The notes beneath the pieces were generated by a model. The model saw nothing but the letters and a program-made list of their open reading frames with translations. It was not told the origin of the DNA and did not search any database. Position numbers and translations under genes: made by a program. A stretch of DNA of 64,000 bases from Leucoraja ocellata (Eukaryota). Below are positions 23,200 to 36,165 of the stretch, piece by piece. Numbering within the stretch: position 1 is the stretch's first letter; every line of letters begins with the position of its first letter. The DNA lies in NCBI GenBank assembly GCA_036785375.1, contig JAWMAR010000079.1, positions 2,170,001 through 2,234,000 of the forward strand. Reading direction: 5' to 3'.

Positions 23200-23825
23200 G
23201 CATCTGCTTTTGGGATTGAGTGAGATCTGGGTGTCCGAGTAAAGAAATATAAAGTTAGCCTGCTGTTATAGTTAGTAATTAGGAAAGTAAATGGAATGTT
23301 GGCCTTTATTACACGGGATGTAGGATACAAGATTAACAGGCCTTGTTGGAACTATGCAAGACTTTTGAGAGCATATCCGAAGCAGTTTGAGCCTCTTAAT
23401 TTGAGGATAGAGGCACTACTGCAAATGTTCACGCGATTGGTTCGACAATGTTATGTCGCCAAGAATTAAGTTTATACTCTGCAGATTATGTTAGAGGTGA
23501 TTTCAATGAAATAAAGTTCTGAGGAAGCTTGATGGGTATGCAATGAGGATATTCAAGAACTAGGGGGCGTAGTTTCATGATTAGGGGCCATCGACAGGAT
23601 GGGGAAGTATCCCCCCACAATGTGTCATAAATCTTTGGAATTCTCCACCCAGAGAGCTGTGGAGGCTGAATCATTAAATATATTCAAAGCAGAGAGGGAG
23701 AGACCTTTGGTCGATAGGAGGGTCAGATTACACTTGGAGCCAAGATTAGATCAACCATGATCTTATTGAATGGCAGAGTAGGTCTGAGAGGCGCTGAATG
23801 GCCTGCTCAGGCTCCCATCTGTTTT
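23200..23825 (+). mobile_element. Degenerate CR1 LINE 3' fragment
   Basis: GTAATTAGGAAAGTAAATGGAATGTTGGCCTTTATT..CTTTGGAATTCTCCACCCAGAGAGCTGTGGAGGCT..TCTTATTGAATGGCAGAG..GGCTCCCAT. Homologous to 59430-60240. Confidence 0.8.
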
Positions 23826-25584
23826 ATTTTTATTTCCCTAGCAGTTGGAGGAGTGCTACACCGAGGTTAATTTGGTGGAATAAATATTTTTATCAAGGTG
23901 CCTAGTTCAGATTACAGTCCAGTGCAGTAACGGCTGCTGGAAGATGTGTGTGGACTTGTGGCTGAATGTCAGATCAATGCTTCGCTTGGCTGTGACGCCC
24001 CTCCTGATGAATTGCTGCCAAACCTCAACGGAAAACAGCCACTTGGCTGAGCTTACAGTAGGACCTCTGGTGCCATTGGAACCATAGCGTGGCCTGAGCT
24101 GGCACATTGTGAAGAGGGTGTGTGAGAGAGAGAGAGAGGCTCTATGCCCTGTACTGTGAACACACTGCATCACTTGGTTTCACCTCTGCAGCAACAACTA
24201 ACATTTAGTGGCATTCATGACGCCACAGAATCATTCCCAAGCAAAATTTCACGCTGAGCTAAATGAGGACATATTGGGACAGCAGTGAATAGCCAGGTCG
24301 TTTTAATAAGAGAAAGCGGGATTTGGGGAAGTAATTCCAGAGTTTGGAACCTTGAAGACATAGCTGCCAGCACTAAAGGGCTGTATATCTGAGTTGCACG
24401 GAGAGAGGTGTTGACTGACTTGTTCTACAAAGAGCAACTATCAGCTGCACTGTAATGATAACAAGGTCATTGTGGTCTTGTTTTCATCCATCCAAGTTCT
24501 GGAGCCTGCCGTTGGCAGGTACTATGGTCCCGGTTTATTCGCTATTGAGAGGTAGCTCAATTGGCAATCACAGAAACGCTCAGGGTCACAGAAGTGTTAG
24601 TGAACCTCAGCTGCAGGTAACATGCAAAATAAAGAGTACAGTTGCTGGAAAACTAAAACGAAAGCAGAGAAGATGGGAACACTCGGGGGTTAGGTAGCAT
24701 AGATGATGCTGCCTAGCCTGCTGAATGTTTCCATAATTTTTCTGTCCTTATCGTTGCAATGAGTAAACATATCGTTTGGTTGCATTTCCCTGGCTTTGTG
24801 GCTGCGCTGAATCTCTTCCATGTTTGAATCCATGCGTGTGCCCCAAAATGTGTTTGAGGAGAACATGGGGCATTCTTGGCCTGCAACTTTGGCGTTACTT
24901 GGTTTTACTGTCCAGATGTAGTTGTGTGTAGACTTCCTGCGATGATTAATTGGTGTGTATAGGGATGGAAATGATTGGACAACACAGAGGAGACCATCTC
25001 AATCATGTACAAATTGCTCATCCATGGAATGCGTGCGCGTATCAATAAGACTACCAGTGATCGGGGAAATTGCCCTATCATTTTCCCATTACTTAATTAT
25101 TAATGATCATCAAAAAATGTAGGCAAATCTGCAGCACGTTTGGAAAGTAACTGCCAAGCCATTCAGCCTTGTGTCGCAGCATCAACTCCTTATTAATGTT
25201 TGGGCCAAGTTTATCGCCAATACAAGCCAGGATCCCAGTAATCCTGTTAGGCAAGTTTATCCTTGAGGGATCACTGTCAGGTGCAAGCTTGCTGCATCGA
25301 TGTGCTGCCTGTGCTGGGTGTTAATGAGTGGTGATACTAGCTGAGATTTTCCCTTGCCCATCATTCTCTATTATGGCCCTGATTCCCTTGGATTAATTCG
25401 ACAACTGATCTTGCACAACTCTTGTTGGACTGGGAATCAGATCTCAGTCCAGCTAGTGCTGCTTGATGGGGTGTTGTCTTCTAACCCTAGTTTGTACCTT
25501 TATTGGCAGCCCACAAAACATTGACTGTCCACCACGGCAGTTCAAAGGAAACTGTATCAATTGCCAGGACTTGAGTCGTTTTTA

Positions 25585-25902
25585 GTTTTTAGTTTGTAGA
25601 TTCAGTGCGGAAACAGGCTCTTCGGCCCACTGAGTCCAAACCGTCCAGCGATCCCTGCACATTAACATAAGCTTACACACACTAGGGACAAATTACACTT
25701 ATGCCAAGTGTACAAACCCAAGCCAATTTTAACTACAAACCTGTACCTCTATGGAGTGTGGGCGGAAACCTAAGATCTCGTAGAAACCCCACGCAGTCAT
25801 GGGAGAACGTACAAACTCCATACAGACAGCACCCGTAGTCGGGATCGAACCCGGGTCTCTTGCGCTGTAAGGCAGCAACTCTACCTCCGTGCCACCATGC
25901 CA
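25585..25902 (-). mobile_element. tRNA-derived V-SINE (HE1-like)
   Basis: High similarity to 2645-2929, with B box GGTTCGATCCC on the minus strand and a (TTTAG/TTTTTAG)-type tail. Confidence 0.88.
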
Positions 25903-28900
25903 ACCTTGTGTTCCAGTAGACTCCAATACAATGCCACAGCAGTCCTGAGATGGTTCCGTTTGTCTTCAAAATCCATGAGATTCGAGGGAAAGGCCCCATC
26001 CAAAGCCTTTTTCCCCTTTCAGTTGCAGTGTAATGACATTGCCGTCGCCTCTTATAGCTCAGCATTCTTCGAGGCAGGGTTCCATGTAGGACTCTGATTC
26101 CCATTCACTTGTTCCCCTGTCTTTTCTCATTTTCTTAGGTTTTGTATCCAGAAGCCCCTGATTACTTTTACTATTTTCACTTAATGTTTCCAAATCCTGC
26201 TTTGGCCTCGTGCCCTTCCTTTCTGTTAACCTCATCCAACCCTAATCTGCTCAATTTTAAGTACATTATTATTGGTGGCCTTGTCTTCAGTTACCTGGGC
26301 CCCAGTTCTGGAATTTCCTCACTAAACTTCTCTGCATTACTTTCCCCCTTTAAACCAAAAACCTTGTCCAGACTTTGTGTCAGTTGTCCTAATTATCCTT
26401 GCATATATTAACAGATTAATTATATTGGTCCAATAATTATTCACTATATTATCATAAAGATGGAATATAAATATGAATTGGAGGAAATTCTGTCCTGGTA
26501 ACCCCCACAAAGTTGTGGACCCCACTGTGGCAAAGCACCTACCTATACACTTCCTACCTAGCTTCTCAAATGGAAATGAGGGCCATGCAGCAGATGTATG
26601 TTGACGCCCTTGGGTGTAAAGTTTGGTGAGAAAACTGATCAGACGTAAAGTTCCCAACCCAGAGAGCATTTTTCTGTTTCATTAACCACATACAGATGTA
26701 ACCGCTTGCTTTGAAATAAATTAGCGAAAGTCCCTGCCAGTGAGCTTTGGTATTGGGACAGGAGTCGGCCAATTCAACAAATGCTAATAAAATATCTGTT
26801 TGCCCATTTCTTTCCTTGATCTTTTAGCCAAGTTTAGTTATAAACCTTTGCAGAGGGAGAGGTGCAAAGAAGGACAAAATCCTTTTGGAGCCGGCCATAA
26901 TTAGAATCATTTTCTATTTGCAATTATATTGCAGCTGAACAGCACTTAACTTTTTCTTACATTTTCGTCCTTTGAACTCGAGTCAAGACTTTTTTTTTCC
27001 TGTTACTAGTCTACCCAAGCCATGTAGAATTTATTACATTTCACAGACCGAGAAATAGTATGTGACTTGTTATCTGCTATGATCTTAAAACAAAAAAATT
27101 GGGAGGTTTTCTGTAATGGAAATGTTTAACAAAAACAATATACCGATTAAAATGGAGTGCAGTCTCCATGAAATCGGATACTTGTCTCCCAACCGTGCAA
27201 GTTCGGATACTGAAACTACTAACAGCAAGGCTGGGTGATTGATGCTCTCCCAGCAGACAGACCCGGTGCACAGGATAGGAGTCTTGAGTTTTCAAACTGA
27301 CCTATTCTGTGCATTAAGCCAGGGGCTCATTTTAACTCTTTGTGTGCAACGGTTTTCTTTCACTCTCTTTTTGTGTTGTTCTCTATTTTCCTTTCCCTGT
27401 TTCTCTCCATTGCATATTTGACACTTTTTTTGTTTCTGTCTCTACTTTTTGCACCCTCCTGTGTATGGTACTCTCTCTCCCTCCTGTGTATATATTTTTT
27501 CTGTCTGTTCTTTGCTTTCATCTATTTGTCTACTCTCATGCCAACTATCCCCACCCCCTAACACTACCACCCAAGTCCTCAGATGAATAGTGTTATTTTC
27601 ATGGAACTGAAATCGCATGCAATCCTTTTAAATGGAATTTGAATTGTTGAATTTGAATTCCACTGATTTTTCATTCCTTTGAGTTGCGGGCAAGGCTGGG
27701 GAAGAGTGGTGAGCTGATGTGTTGTCTTTAGAAGAATTGAGTCTTTTGTTGGGTGGCTTCTGCACCATCCAATTGCTAAATTCCTGCAACGCTGGACATC
27801 CAATGTTTTGTTGCTTCCAAGTACTCTTTCACAATGCTGTGAAATATATACATTTCCATTAAAATATTTCACTGGTTAGTAGGAAACCAGCCAAGCTTTC
27901 CAATTCCACATTTCCTACCCCCTCACCCATTGAAATTACATTGATGTTTCCTGGCTGTTTAGAGGATCTTGCCTTTCACAATGTTGTGATGGAAGAGTAA
28001 GTCATCTGCACATACCAGCACGATACCAAAACATCTATGTCATGCAACTCAAATCAAAGTCTTAAAAATAACTTCAGTAAACTGTTCTCTAACTTAAATT
28101 GTCAAATATATTGCCTTGTATTTAACCCTTGAGGATTTGGTAATATTTCGGTAAATCTGAATTGTTCTCTTTTCAAAAGTTTCTACTTTTCTAAGTTCAA
28201 CAGCCAGAATTGTACACTGAAGTACTTCCAGAATGTTACATAAAAACAACTTTCAATTCCACCTCCATGTTTTAGAAAGGGCTAGAATTAAACTAGTATC
28301 TTTATTTTTTTTGTATTTGTGCTAATGTCCCTTCGTTTATTAAAAGTGTTGATCTCTGTTACCCCACCCATGCAGCAGAGTTTATATACCTTCTCACTTC
28401 TGAGACTTGAGTTATCTACAGGTATTGGAAAAATGCCACCAACACAAGTTCTGCAAAATCCTCCCAATTCACTGGAAGGCCAAGTAAACAACTTCAGTAT
28501 CTTCTCCTAGACTAACATCCCCATCATACTCAGCTGGCCACATTAGACAGGCCATATTGTTTTCTTGTGCAGCACCAGATTCTTGAAACAAATACATTTT
28601 CCCAGTCATGTCATCAGAAGAGATGACCAGATACGTAGACAAAAAATCAAGGATACTCATTGACTCTTGGGAATATCTGAACAGTGGTCACTCAGTGACA
28701 AAGGAGCATTCGAATAAGTATTGTGATAGAGTAACTGCAGGTCATGCATTGGAAGTACAAGAGGAAGGAAGTCACCACCTCGTAGACTATTCAGCTTTAG
28801 ACTATTCTAGCCCTTCATCTGGAAGAATCTGCACTTTCAACATTTGTCTTATTGTTCATCTCTGAACCCACAAAACCAGAGTGATTGATCCCAAGGGACT

Positions 28901-31289
28901 GCTGAGAAAGAAGCATATTATTAATAATGGTCTTATCCTGCTCACAGTGCACCTGCATTTTCTCCAGGAGTCATTAAATAGTATGCACCAGCTGGAGCCT
29001 TGACTATCTCCTTGCTTCTTGCTCAGTAACTGAGCACTAGGAAGGTGTAACTCTGAGCTCAGCACCTGCACCGGCAACTTGGGATTTTCCCAGAGGACGT
29101 GAGGGAATACTACCTAGGCAGTAACTCCAACAAGAAATCATCTTGTTCCCTTTCTGAGTCACTCTTCCACTAATAAGTGCAGCTAAGCATCAGCGAGGAT
29201 GAAAAGGAGGGCAGCAAAGCTGGCACGTCCTAAACCCTTTTCAGCACTGGAGTGGCTGACTGACTCTTGACATTTGGAATTTGATCAGAGATGCATCAGG
29301 CCAGAAGGGTATTTGCTTGGGGGAAAAACTCATAGATAAATGCAAATACTGGTTTCAATGCATATTTATTACACTTTTTAGATAAGTATTTCTACTACCA
29401 AACATGTATTTTCAAATTTAAATGGAAGCTATGAATATGGTCAGTTATAGAAATAACACAAGGAGCAGTGTCAGTAAAAAAAACTGCAGATGCTGGAAAC
29501 CTGAAATAGAGTAGGAATGTCCCCACAGAGCAAGTGCAAAGAAACTTGTTTACCTTGTCTATTTTAGGTCTTTCTGATTGTGTTGTGTTCCACAGAAACG
29601 TTCATTAATGTTAGCTTATACCTTCCTGATGCATCCCTCTCCATCCTTTTGTATTGCAGCCGTCTCCTTTTGCTTGCCCATTCTCCTTGTTCCAATTCCC
29701 CATCTCTGGCATTTTCAGTGTGTGTGTCTGTGTGTGCGTGCGTGTCTCTCGCTCTCTCTCTCTCCTACTCTATCTGTCTCGCATTCTCAATAGATAACAT
29801 CAGGACTGTGAGCTCTGTGCACACTGGGATCTAGGAGGCGTGAGTTATTATGCGATGTTATCAGCAGAGGCCTTTTGACTCTTTGCCCATGGCGTGCTTC
29901 AAAGGAGAAGCTTGAGTTTGCACTGTGATTTACGTTAACTACTTGAGCAAATTCATCATAGTAACCTCTATGAGGCACACCAGTAAACTGGAGCCAGGAA
30001 GGGTAATGGTTATTGAATTCATTCATGAAAACTATTTCTACAAAGATTAGATCTTTTTTTTTCATCATTTGAGATCTTCAACGAGTTTGCAAGCTTTTTC
30101 TTAGTTAATGAATTCCTTAACAGCCTCCAATAAAATACTTCCGCTGAAGGGAACCGCCCCTCCCTAATACTAGTGGTAAACTTTCATGTATACATTGAAG
30201 AGTTAGTTTCCATGTGGATGCAATCGGATGTCGGTGCATTATTACCACTTTTTCACTCTTTGAAATCCATTTTTCTTGTATCTATTTATGAATAAACTAT
30301 ACACTTTGCACCATTCTGCTGTTTATATGTGTGTCTATCACTATGTATGCTGTGTACTCTATGAAGGAATTTCATTGCACCCCTGCTGTATATAACAGTA
30401 AATTGAATCTGAATATGATCCATCAATCTTTTGCGTCTCAAAGATCCAGCTTTAATAATAGGTCCTTGGAACCGTGGTAAATCATTATTGCCGGAATAAA
30501 TCCTATTCAACGGATAGGCATTGAAGGCAGGGTAATGCTTGACATCTACTACTATTCTGGTAGTTGTGGGTAGTAAATTTGATACTGGTTCTCTGAATGC
30601 CAACTATGGCAGTCAAACTTCATGCCCTCTATGCTCTTTGTCTCAGTTGCAGCTTCCTTTACCATGAACTAGGTTAGAATCAAGTAAAATTAATCATTGC
30701 TTTAAATAAAAGGGCAATTTCTTATTCTTGAACACTAGGGGAAGAGATATAATGAAACATTGTGCTGTGATAGACATGTAAATGTGGAGTCCTATCCACA
30801 TTACTGCTGACTTGTGCTAAGGGATTTGAACATTTTAGAAGCAATAGGGACAGTGTTGGGATTATTCAGAGAAGTTTGGCTTCAGTGGAGTAGAGAAATT
30901 GAATTAGAAGATGACGGAGTCTGAAGTTGGGGACAGATCTAGTGTAACTTTTTGCTCTGCCAAGATCTCAACTGCAAAGCACTATGTGTGTCTCTTGATT
31001 ATGCATTTTCCCTGCAGTCTGCAGGCATTCAAAATCTGATCCATAAATGCATGTATTTTTCCCCATCCTCTGATTGGTTTTGGGTATTGTTGGTCTTGGC
31101 TCCACACACAGGCCAAATGACAAAACTAAGAACATTTTTACAATGTTCTGGCTGTTTTGCAGAGTGGAGCCTGAATGTTCCAGCAGCACATGAGGGAGGG
31201 GGGGGGGAAGAGAGCTCGGAGAAAAGATGGGGATTGTGGGGGAGAGGGTGGTATCATGGGGGAGGGGGGCAGAAGCCAGCGAGGGGGTC

Positions 31290-31830
31290 TGGATGGGAAG
31301 GGGCTGGAGCTGACGTTGCGATGGGGACTCACAGCGGGCGGTGATCGTTCTATTCCGTCGGGATCGGAGTCTCCGCTTTCCGTATCGTGATATCGGCGAC
31401 ATCTCCGATGCTGGGTCTCCGACACTGGGCTACTTCGGGTCTGGTCTCTGACCCAATCTCCCTCCAAAAATTGTGTCTGGTTGGAGACGTCCGCTGGCCA
31501 TCCAGAGCCTCCCTCGGCTCCAGTAAAGACGCGATGATGCAGGAAGGGGCAGACTGTCCCATGGAGTGACGGGAGAAAAGACCAGTCGACATGGTGCTGA
31601 ACGACAGGAGAGGAGATTGATCTGCGCACGCGCTGTTTTTAAGATTTTTCATACCTCGCTAACTTTTACATTAGACCACCGATTGGAACGAAACTTGGTA
31701 CAATCGCAGCTCAGGAGAACAGTGTGTAAGCTGGTGAAAAATCGTAGCGCTATCACGTACCGTTTTTGGCCAAATAGAATGACCGCACAAACTGGAAGAT
31801 AACAAGATCAGAGCTTTAGTTATGTATAGA
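31290..31830 (-). mobile_element. Helitron-like non-autonomous fragment (putative 5' end at 31830)
   Basis: Shares ~200 bp with 34940-35149 (TTTTAAGATTTTT..GGTGAAAAATCGTAGCGCTATC..GATAACAAGAT). Minus strand begins A|TCTATA, a Helitron-type 5' end. 3' CTRR end not located. Confidence 0.55.
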
Positions 31831-32269
31831 TACATGCAAGTACCTTGAAGGGACACAGAAGTTGGTGGAGTGGCATGGTGAACGGGAAAGGCAATATTAC
31901 TGACAGAGCTACTTGGTGAACACACAGAACTTGTGCCCTTCCATGTTCCTCCTCATTTCTAAGAAACAAGGTCACATATAATGAGAGTTCCATTTGCACC
32001 TTTCCAGGATACAAATCATTTATTGGCCATGTGTGGCTATCTGGGTTGTCGAAGCTACTAGATGGTGCTAGGACTTAATTTGGTGTTTAGTATCAGCAGT
32101 AGCAGCGCAGGTTCATTTTTTAATCTTGTCCCGGTCATTTAATGAGCTTGTGAACATCAAGACATGATGCACAAGTATAGACTGCACTTGGAAAGCATTT
32201 GCACAGGCTCAATAGACCAAATAAACTCTCGAAGAACTGGCCCTCTTTTTAAGGAGGTGGATTATAGTC

Positions 32270-32700
32270 ATGCATTGTAGAAACCTTCCCTTTGGTCTAA
32301 CATCCATGCCGACCAAGGTGTCCCATCTTGCCTAGTCCTATTTGCCTGCATTTGACCCGTATTCCTCTAAACCTTTCCTAGTCATGGAAGTGTTTAAATA
32401 TATTTTAAAATGCTGCTGCAGTACCTGTTTCAACTACCCCCTCTGACAGCTCATTCCATATACCCATGAAAAAACAGGCCCCTCGGGTTCCTATTAAATT
32501 TTTGCCCTCTCACCTTAAACCTGTCCTCTCCTTGGCTCCTCCACCCTTGGAAAAATAATCTGTGCATTCACCTTATCTATTCCCCTCATGACTGTGAATA
32601 CAATTACTCCTCAGTCTTCTGTCCTTCAAGGAATAAAGTCATAAAATGCCCAATCTCTGGCAACATCCTTGTAAATCTTTTCTGCATTCCTTCCAGATTA
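32270..32700 (-). mobile_element. Degenerate CR1 LINE 3' fragment
   Basis: Reverse-complement CR1 tail (GTCCTATTTGCCTGCATTTGACCCGTATTCCTCTAAACCTTTCC..CTCACCTTAAACCT..CAACATCCTTGTAAATCTTTTCTGCA). Confidence 0.75.
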
Positions 32701-33059
32701 CTGATTCTAAGAAAGTGCAGTCTGGTACCCATTCACTCTCCATGTTCTTCCTTCTTTTTCCCCACTATCAACTCCATTATTGAATTCCCAGTTGCCTGAG
32801 AAAGTTTCATGATAACGGGGTCAGAGTTTTTTCCCAATGCTCTGAGGTGTTCTGGGACATTTTATTAGATTTGATTATAAATGTGAGTTTTTATTGAAAT
32901 GGTGGAACTTGTGTAAAAAGGGTTTTATACCTAATAGGATGAACTCCATTGATAGCATTTCAGATAACACTTTTTGCTGTGCAAGATTTTTCCTTGGGTC
33001 TGTTACAAACCTACCTGATAGCAACAGTAAACTCAAAATAGTTTCAAAGGTTGTTTCAT

Positions 33060-33368
33060 TTTAGTTAAATTTAGAGATACAGCCCGGAAACGGGTCCTTC
33101 GGGCCACTGAGCACCCCAACCATTGATCATCTGTTGACACTTGTTCACTGTTATCCCACTTTCCTACTGCTGACAAACTAGGGGCGATTTATATAGACCA
33201 GTTAAACTAAACATCCATACATCTTTGGGGTGTGGGTGAAACCAGAGCACATGGAGAAAACCCACGCGATCACAGGGAGAATATGCAAACTCCGTACGGA
33301 CAGCATTCAATGTCGTATACGGGTCTCTGGCGCCATGAGGCGGGAGCTCTACCAGCTGCGGCTCTGTG
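33060..33368 (-). mobile_element. tRNA-derived V-SINE (HE1-like)
   Basis: Similarity to the copies at 2645 and 25585 (GGAGAAAACCCACGCGATCACAGGGAGAA..GGGTCTCTGGCGC). Confidence 0.8.
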
Positions 33369-34829
33369 ATTGATCCAGGAAGGTAGGATAATTTAATGAG
33401 GACAAAATTCAAGGCAATTGCCAGAAAGAACTCTTTACTTGAAAAAAGTTTGAATTAATCGGCCTGGGTGTTTCAAGAAAACTATTTCATATTTTTGAAG
33501 ACTCCAAAACCAAAATGCTAAATATAAGATATTCTAGGAGGCTCATTGGTTAGTAAAGCTTCAGTGAGATGAATGGGCTCATCTTCCCAATAACGTTTTG
33601 TTTGCCCTGCTTCTTGGAATGTTTTTCCATGCATTATGTTAATGAGGGAGCAGGAAAGGGAGCGCGAGGGAGAAGTCAATGTCAGCTGCTCAGAATTAAT
33701 ATTGTGGTCTCCTCCCTGTCTGCAGGCAACTCGCCCAGCACAATTATACATTGCAATGGAGCGTTTTTTTTAAGCAGTAAATCTTAAAACTAAGCACCCC
33801 AGGCACAATTAAACACAGCTGCTTACAGCCCTTCAATGGAGTTGCTTTCCCAGAAACACCCAGCGTTAACTATCATAGCATAGGAGCTGTTTTAAAAAAA
33901 AAATCACACAACCATTTGTGTTGTGCTTTTCACATTAAAGGATATCCATGTATGGATGTACAGGACAGTCCTGTTTCAGACTCTATGTGCGTGAGATTTG
34001 CACACTCCAAGGTCAAGCATGCCACAGGTTGCATGCCCATCCCTCTTCTTAACTATGCCTTTGCTCCGCAACCTCAAATTGACTTCCGCAGGGTAATGTT
34101 CCATTCTTTTGCAACCATCTTGGAGGGCATCAGAATTAGATGCTGCTATATTCCCAATAATATTTAAATGTCCAATCACTTGCCAGTATTGATTGGAGAA
34201 TCTGAAAACCCGTAGTGACTCAATATCTAATTGCGTGGAGAGTCCACATAAAGGTTACAATTGGATTTTTGCTTTCTCTTTGCTATTTCCTCTACATAAT
34301 TTGGTTGGTGCTTGTTCATTTTGTACTTTGCATGCTAAATTGAGATTAAAAAGACAATTCCTGCAGTTTTTGGGAAATCGTGTCTAAAGGTTTACTGATT
34401 TCACCTGATTAGTGACCACATAGCATTCAACCTGGCATTCATTGAAATTCCAAGGACCAATGTCCAACATCTTCCTTTGCCTGAAGATTGCATATCGAAG
34501 GATCACCAAACTGGGTTAAGTGATCTCAGCTGCCTCTCACTATCTCAGTCCGTTAACAATTTTCATGAAGTTATGCCCCTAAAGTACAGCTAGGGTACCA
34601 GGCTGGGCATGAAAATAGAAATCGTTGACCAAAAAGCTCTTCTGATTGACTAAGCTTCAGTGCATTGATCACATTTTAGCCTATTTTCGTGCACATATGC
34701 GGGCTCCTCCTCCAATGCTGGGTTAGTGGGCACATGCTGCCTGCCGTGACGAGATCCATTATTGCAAAGCGTTTTCCCTCTCCCTCAATTCACCCACTCT
34801 CCCTCCTCACCTCCACAGGATTTCAAGGT

Positions 34830-35149
34830 TGCCTTGACCAGCGACAGACAGCGAACGCGCCCAATCAGTGCGCCAATGGTGCAGGAAGGGGTGTCGCTGT
34901 CCCGGCCGTGACTGACAGGCGATTGGACCAATCTACGCATGCGCGGTTTTAAAGATTTTTAAACCTTAATAACTTTTAAAATGTACCACCAATCGGAGCA
35001 AAGGTGGTGCATTTGCAGCACAGGACAACGGCGAGTAAGATGGTGAAAAATCGTAGCGCTATCGCGTACTGTTTTTGTGCAAATGTAAAAACAACGTAAG
35101 CCGGAGGATAACAAGATGAGAGTTTTACTTGTGTATATAAATATATAGA
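34830..35149 (-). mobile_element. Helitron-like non-autonomous fragment
   Basis: Homologous to 31620-31830; ends in ATATATAGAT (minus strand A|TCTATATAT). Confidence 0.55.
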
Positions 35150-35849
35150 TAGATCCAAAAGTGATCTCCATTCTGAGGACCATAATCCAATGAGTTATCT
35201 CTGGGAAATACTCACTTGGAGCAATGTAATTACATGTCATATTTCATTATTAAAGATGAGCACAAAATGCTAAACTCAGCAGGTTAGGCAGATCTCTGGA
35301 GAAAATTTATCGGTGAATGGAACCATTCTTCAGACTTCATTATTATATGGCTAAAGTGTAAGATGAAATGAAAGGGGTAATGATAATTGTATCATTGTCT
35401 TGAATGAGTTGCTCATTGATTCTCTATCCAATAGTAATGTATAATGAGCCTGCGCATTTTGCATGTACATATCTTCGGTACATTTCCATGGACAATAAGA
35501 TAGTATGTTTCCCCATTCCCGCCTCAACGAACTATATCCAACTATTAACACGATACTTCAGGCCGAAAAGAATATGTGTGTTTTTACCATCATCTCCTTC
35601 GTGGGACTAAAAGAGCCTTAAAATGTCAAAATGTTCCTTTAATTGGCTGCTGTGTTTGGTTATTCTTGTCGGGTCACACCTGGGTGAGTGAGATCTCACA
35701 CTGGTAATGAGGGTGACTTTTATTCCTAGGGTTGCTGCATTGTAAAAGTTATGTTTTTACCTTCATTCAACTGTGCTGTACCCCATTGTGCTCACAGATC
35801 AGTTTCCAGTATCAATCAAACCTTTATGGAAGCAGAATATATGCACTAA

Positions 35850-36165
35850 ATACCAGATGGGGAGAGGATATTTTCAGTAGCGGGAGAGTCTAAGACATTC
35901 TCAGAATAAAAGGACATACCTTTTAGAATGGATTTGAGGAGGAATTTCTTTAGCGAGAGGGTGATAAACATATGGAATTCATTACCACAGATGGCTGGGG
36001 AGACCCAAGTCATTGGGTATATTTAAAGTGGAGATTGATAAGTTCTTGATTATTAAGGGCATCAAAGGTTATGGGGGGAGGGGGCGGGGGGGGGGAGAGA
36101 ATGCGCTTGAGTGGGGAAAACAGACTCGATGGGCTGAATGGCCTAAATCTGCTCCTATGACATGA
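35850..36165 (+). mobile_element. CR1 LINE 3' end fragment
   Basis: GAGGAGGAATTTCTTTAGC..TGGAATTCATTACCACAG..GATGGGCTGAATGGCCTAAATCTGCTCCTAT, a CR1 3' terminal stem region. Confidence 0.8.

Noticed and set aside
30952-31652. Multiple overlapping ORFs up to 163 aa
   Set aside because: A by-product of GC-rich, low-complexity repeat sequence, with no protein motifs or splice support.
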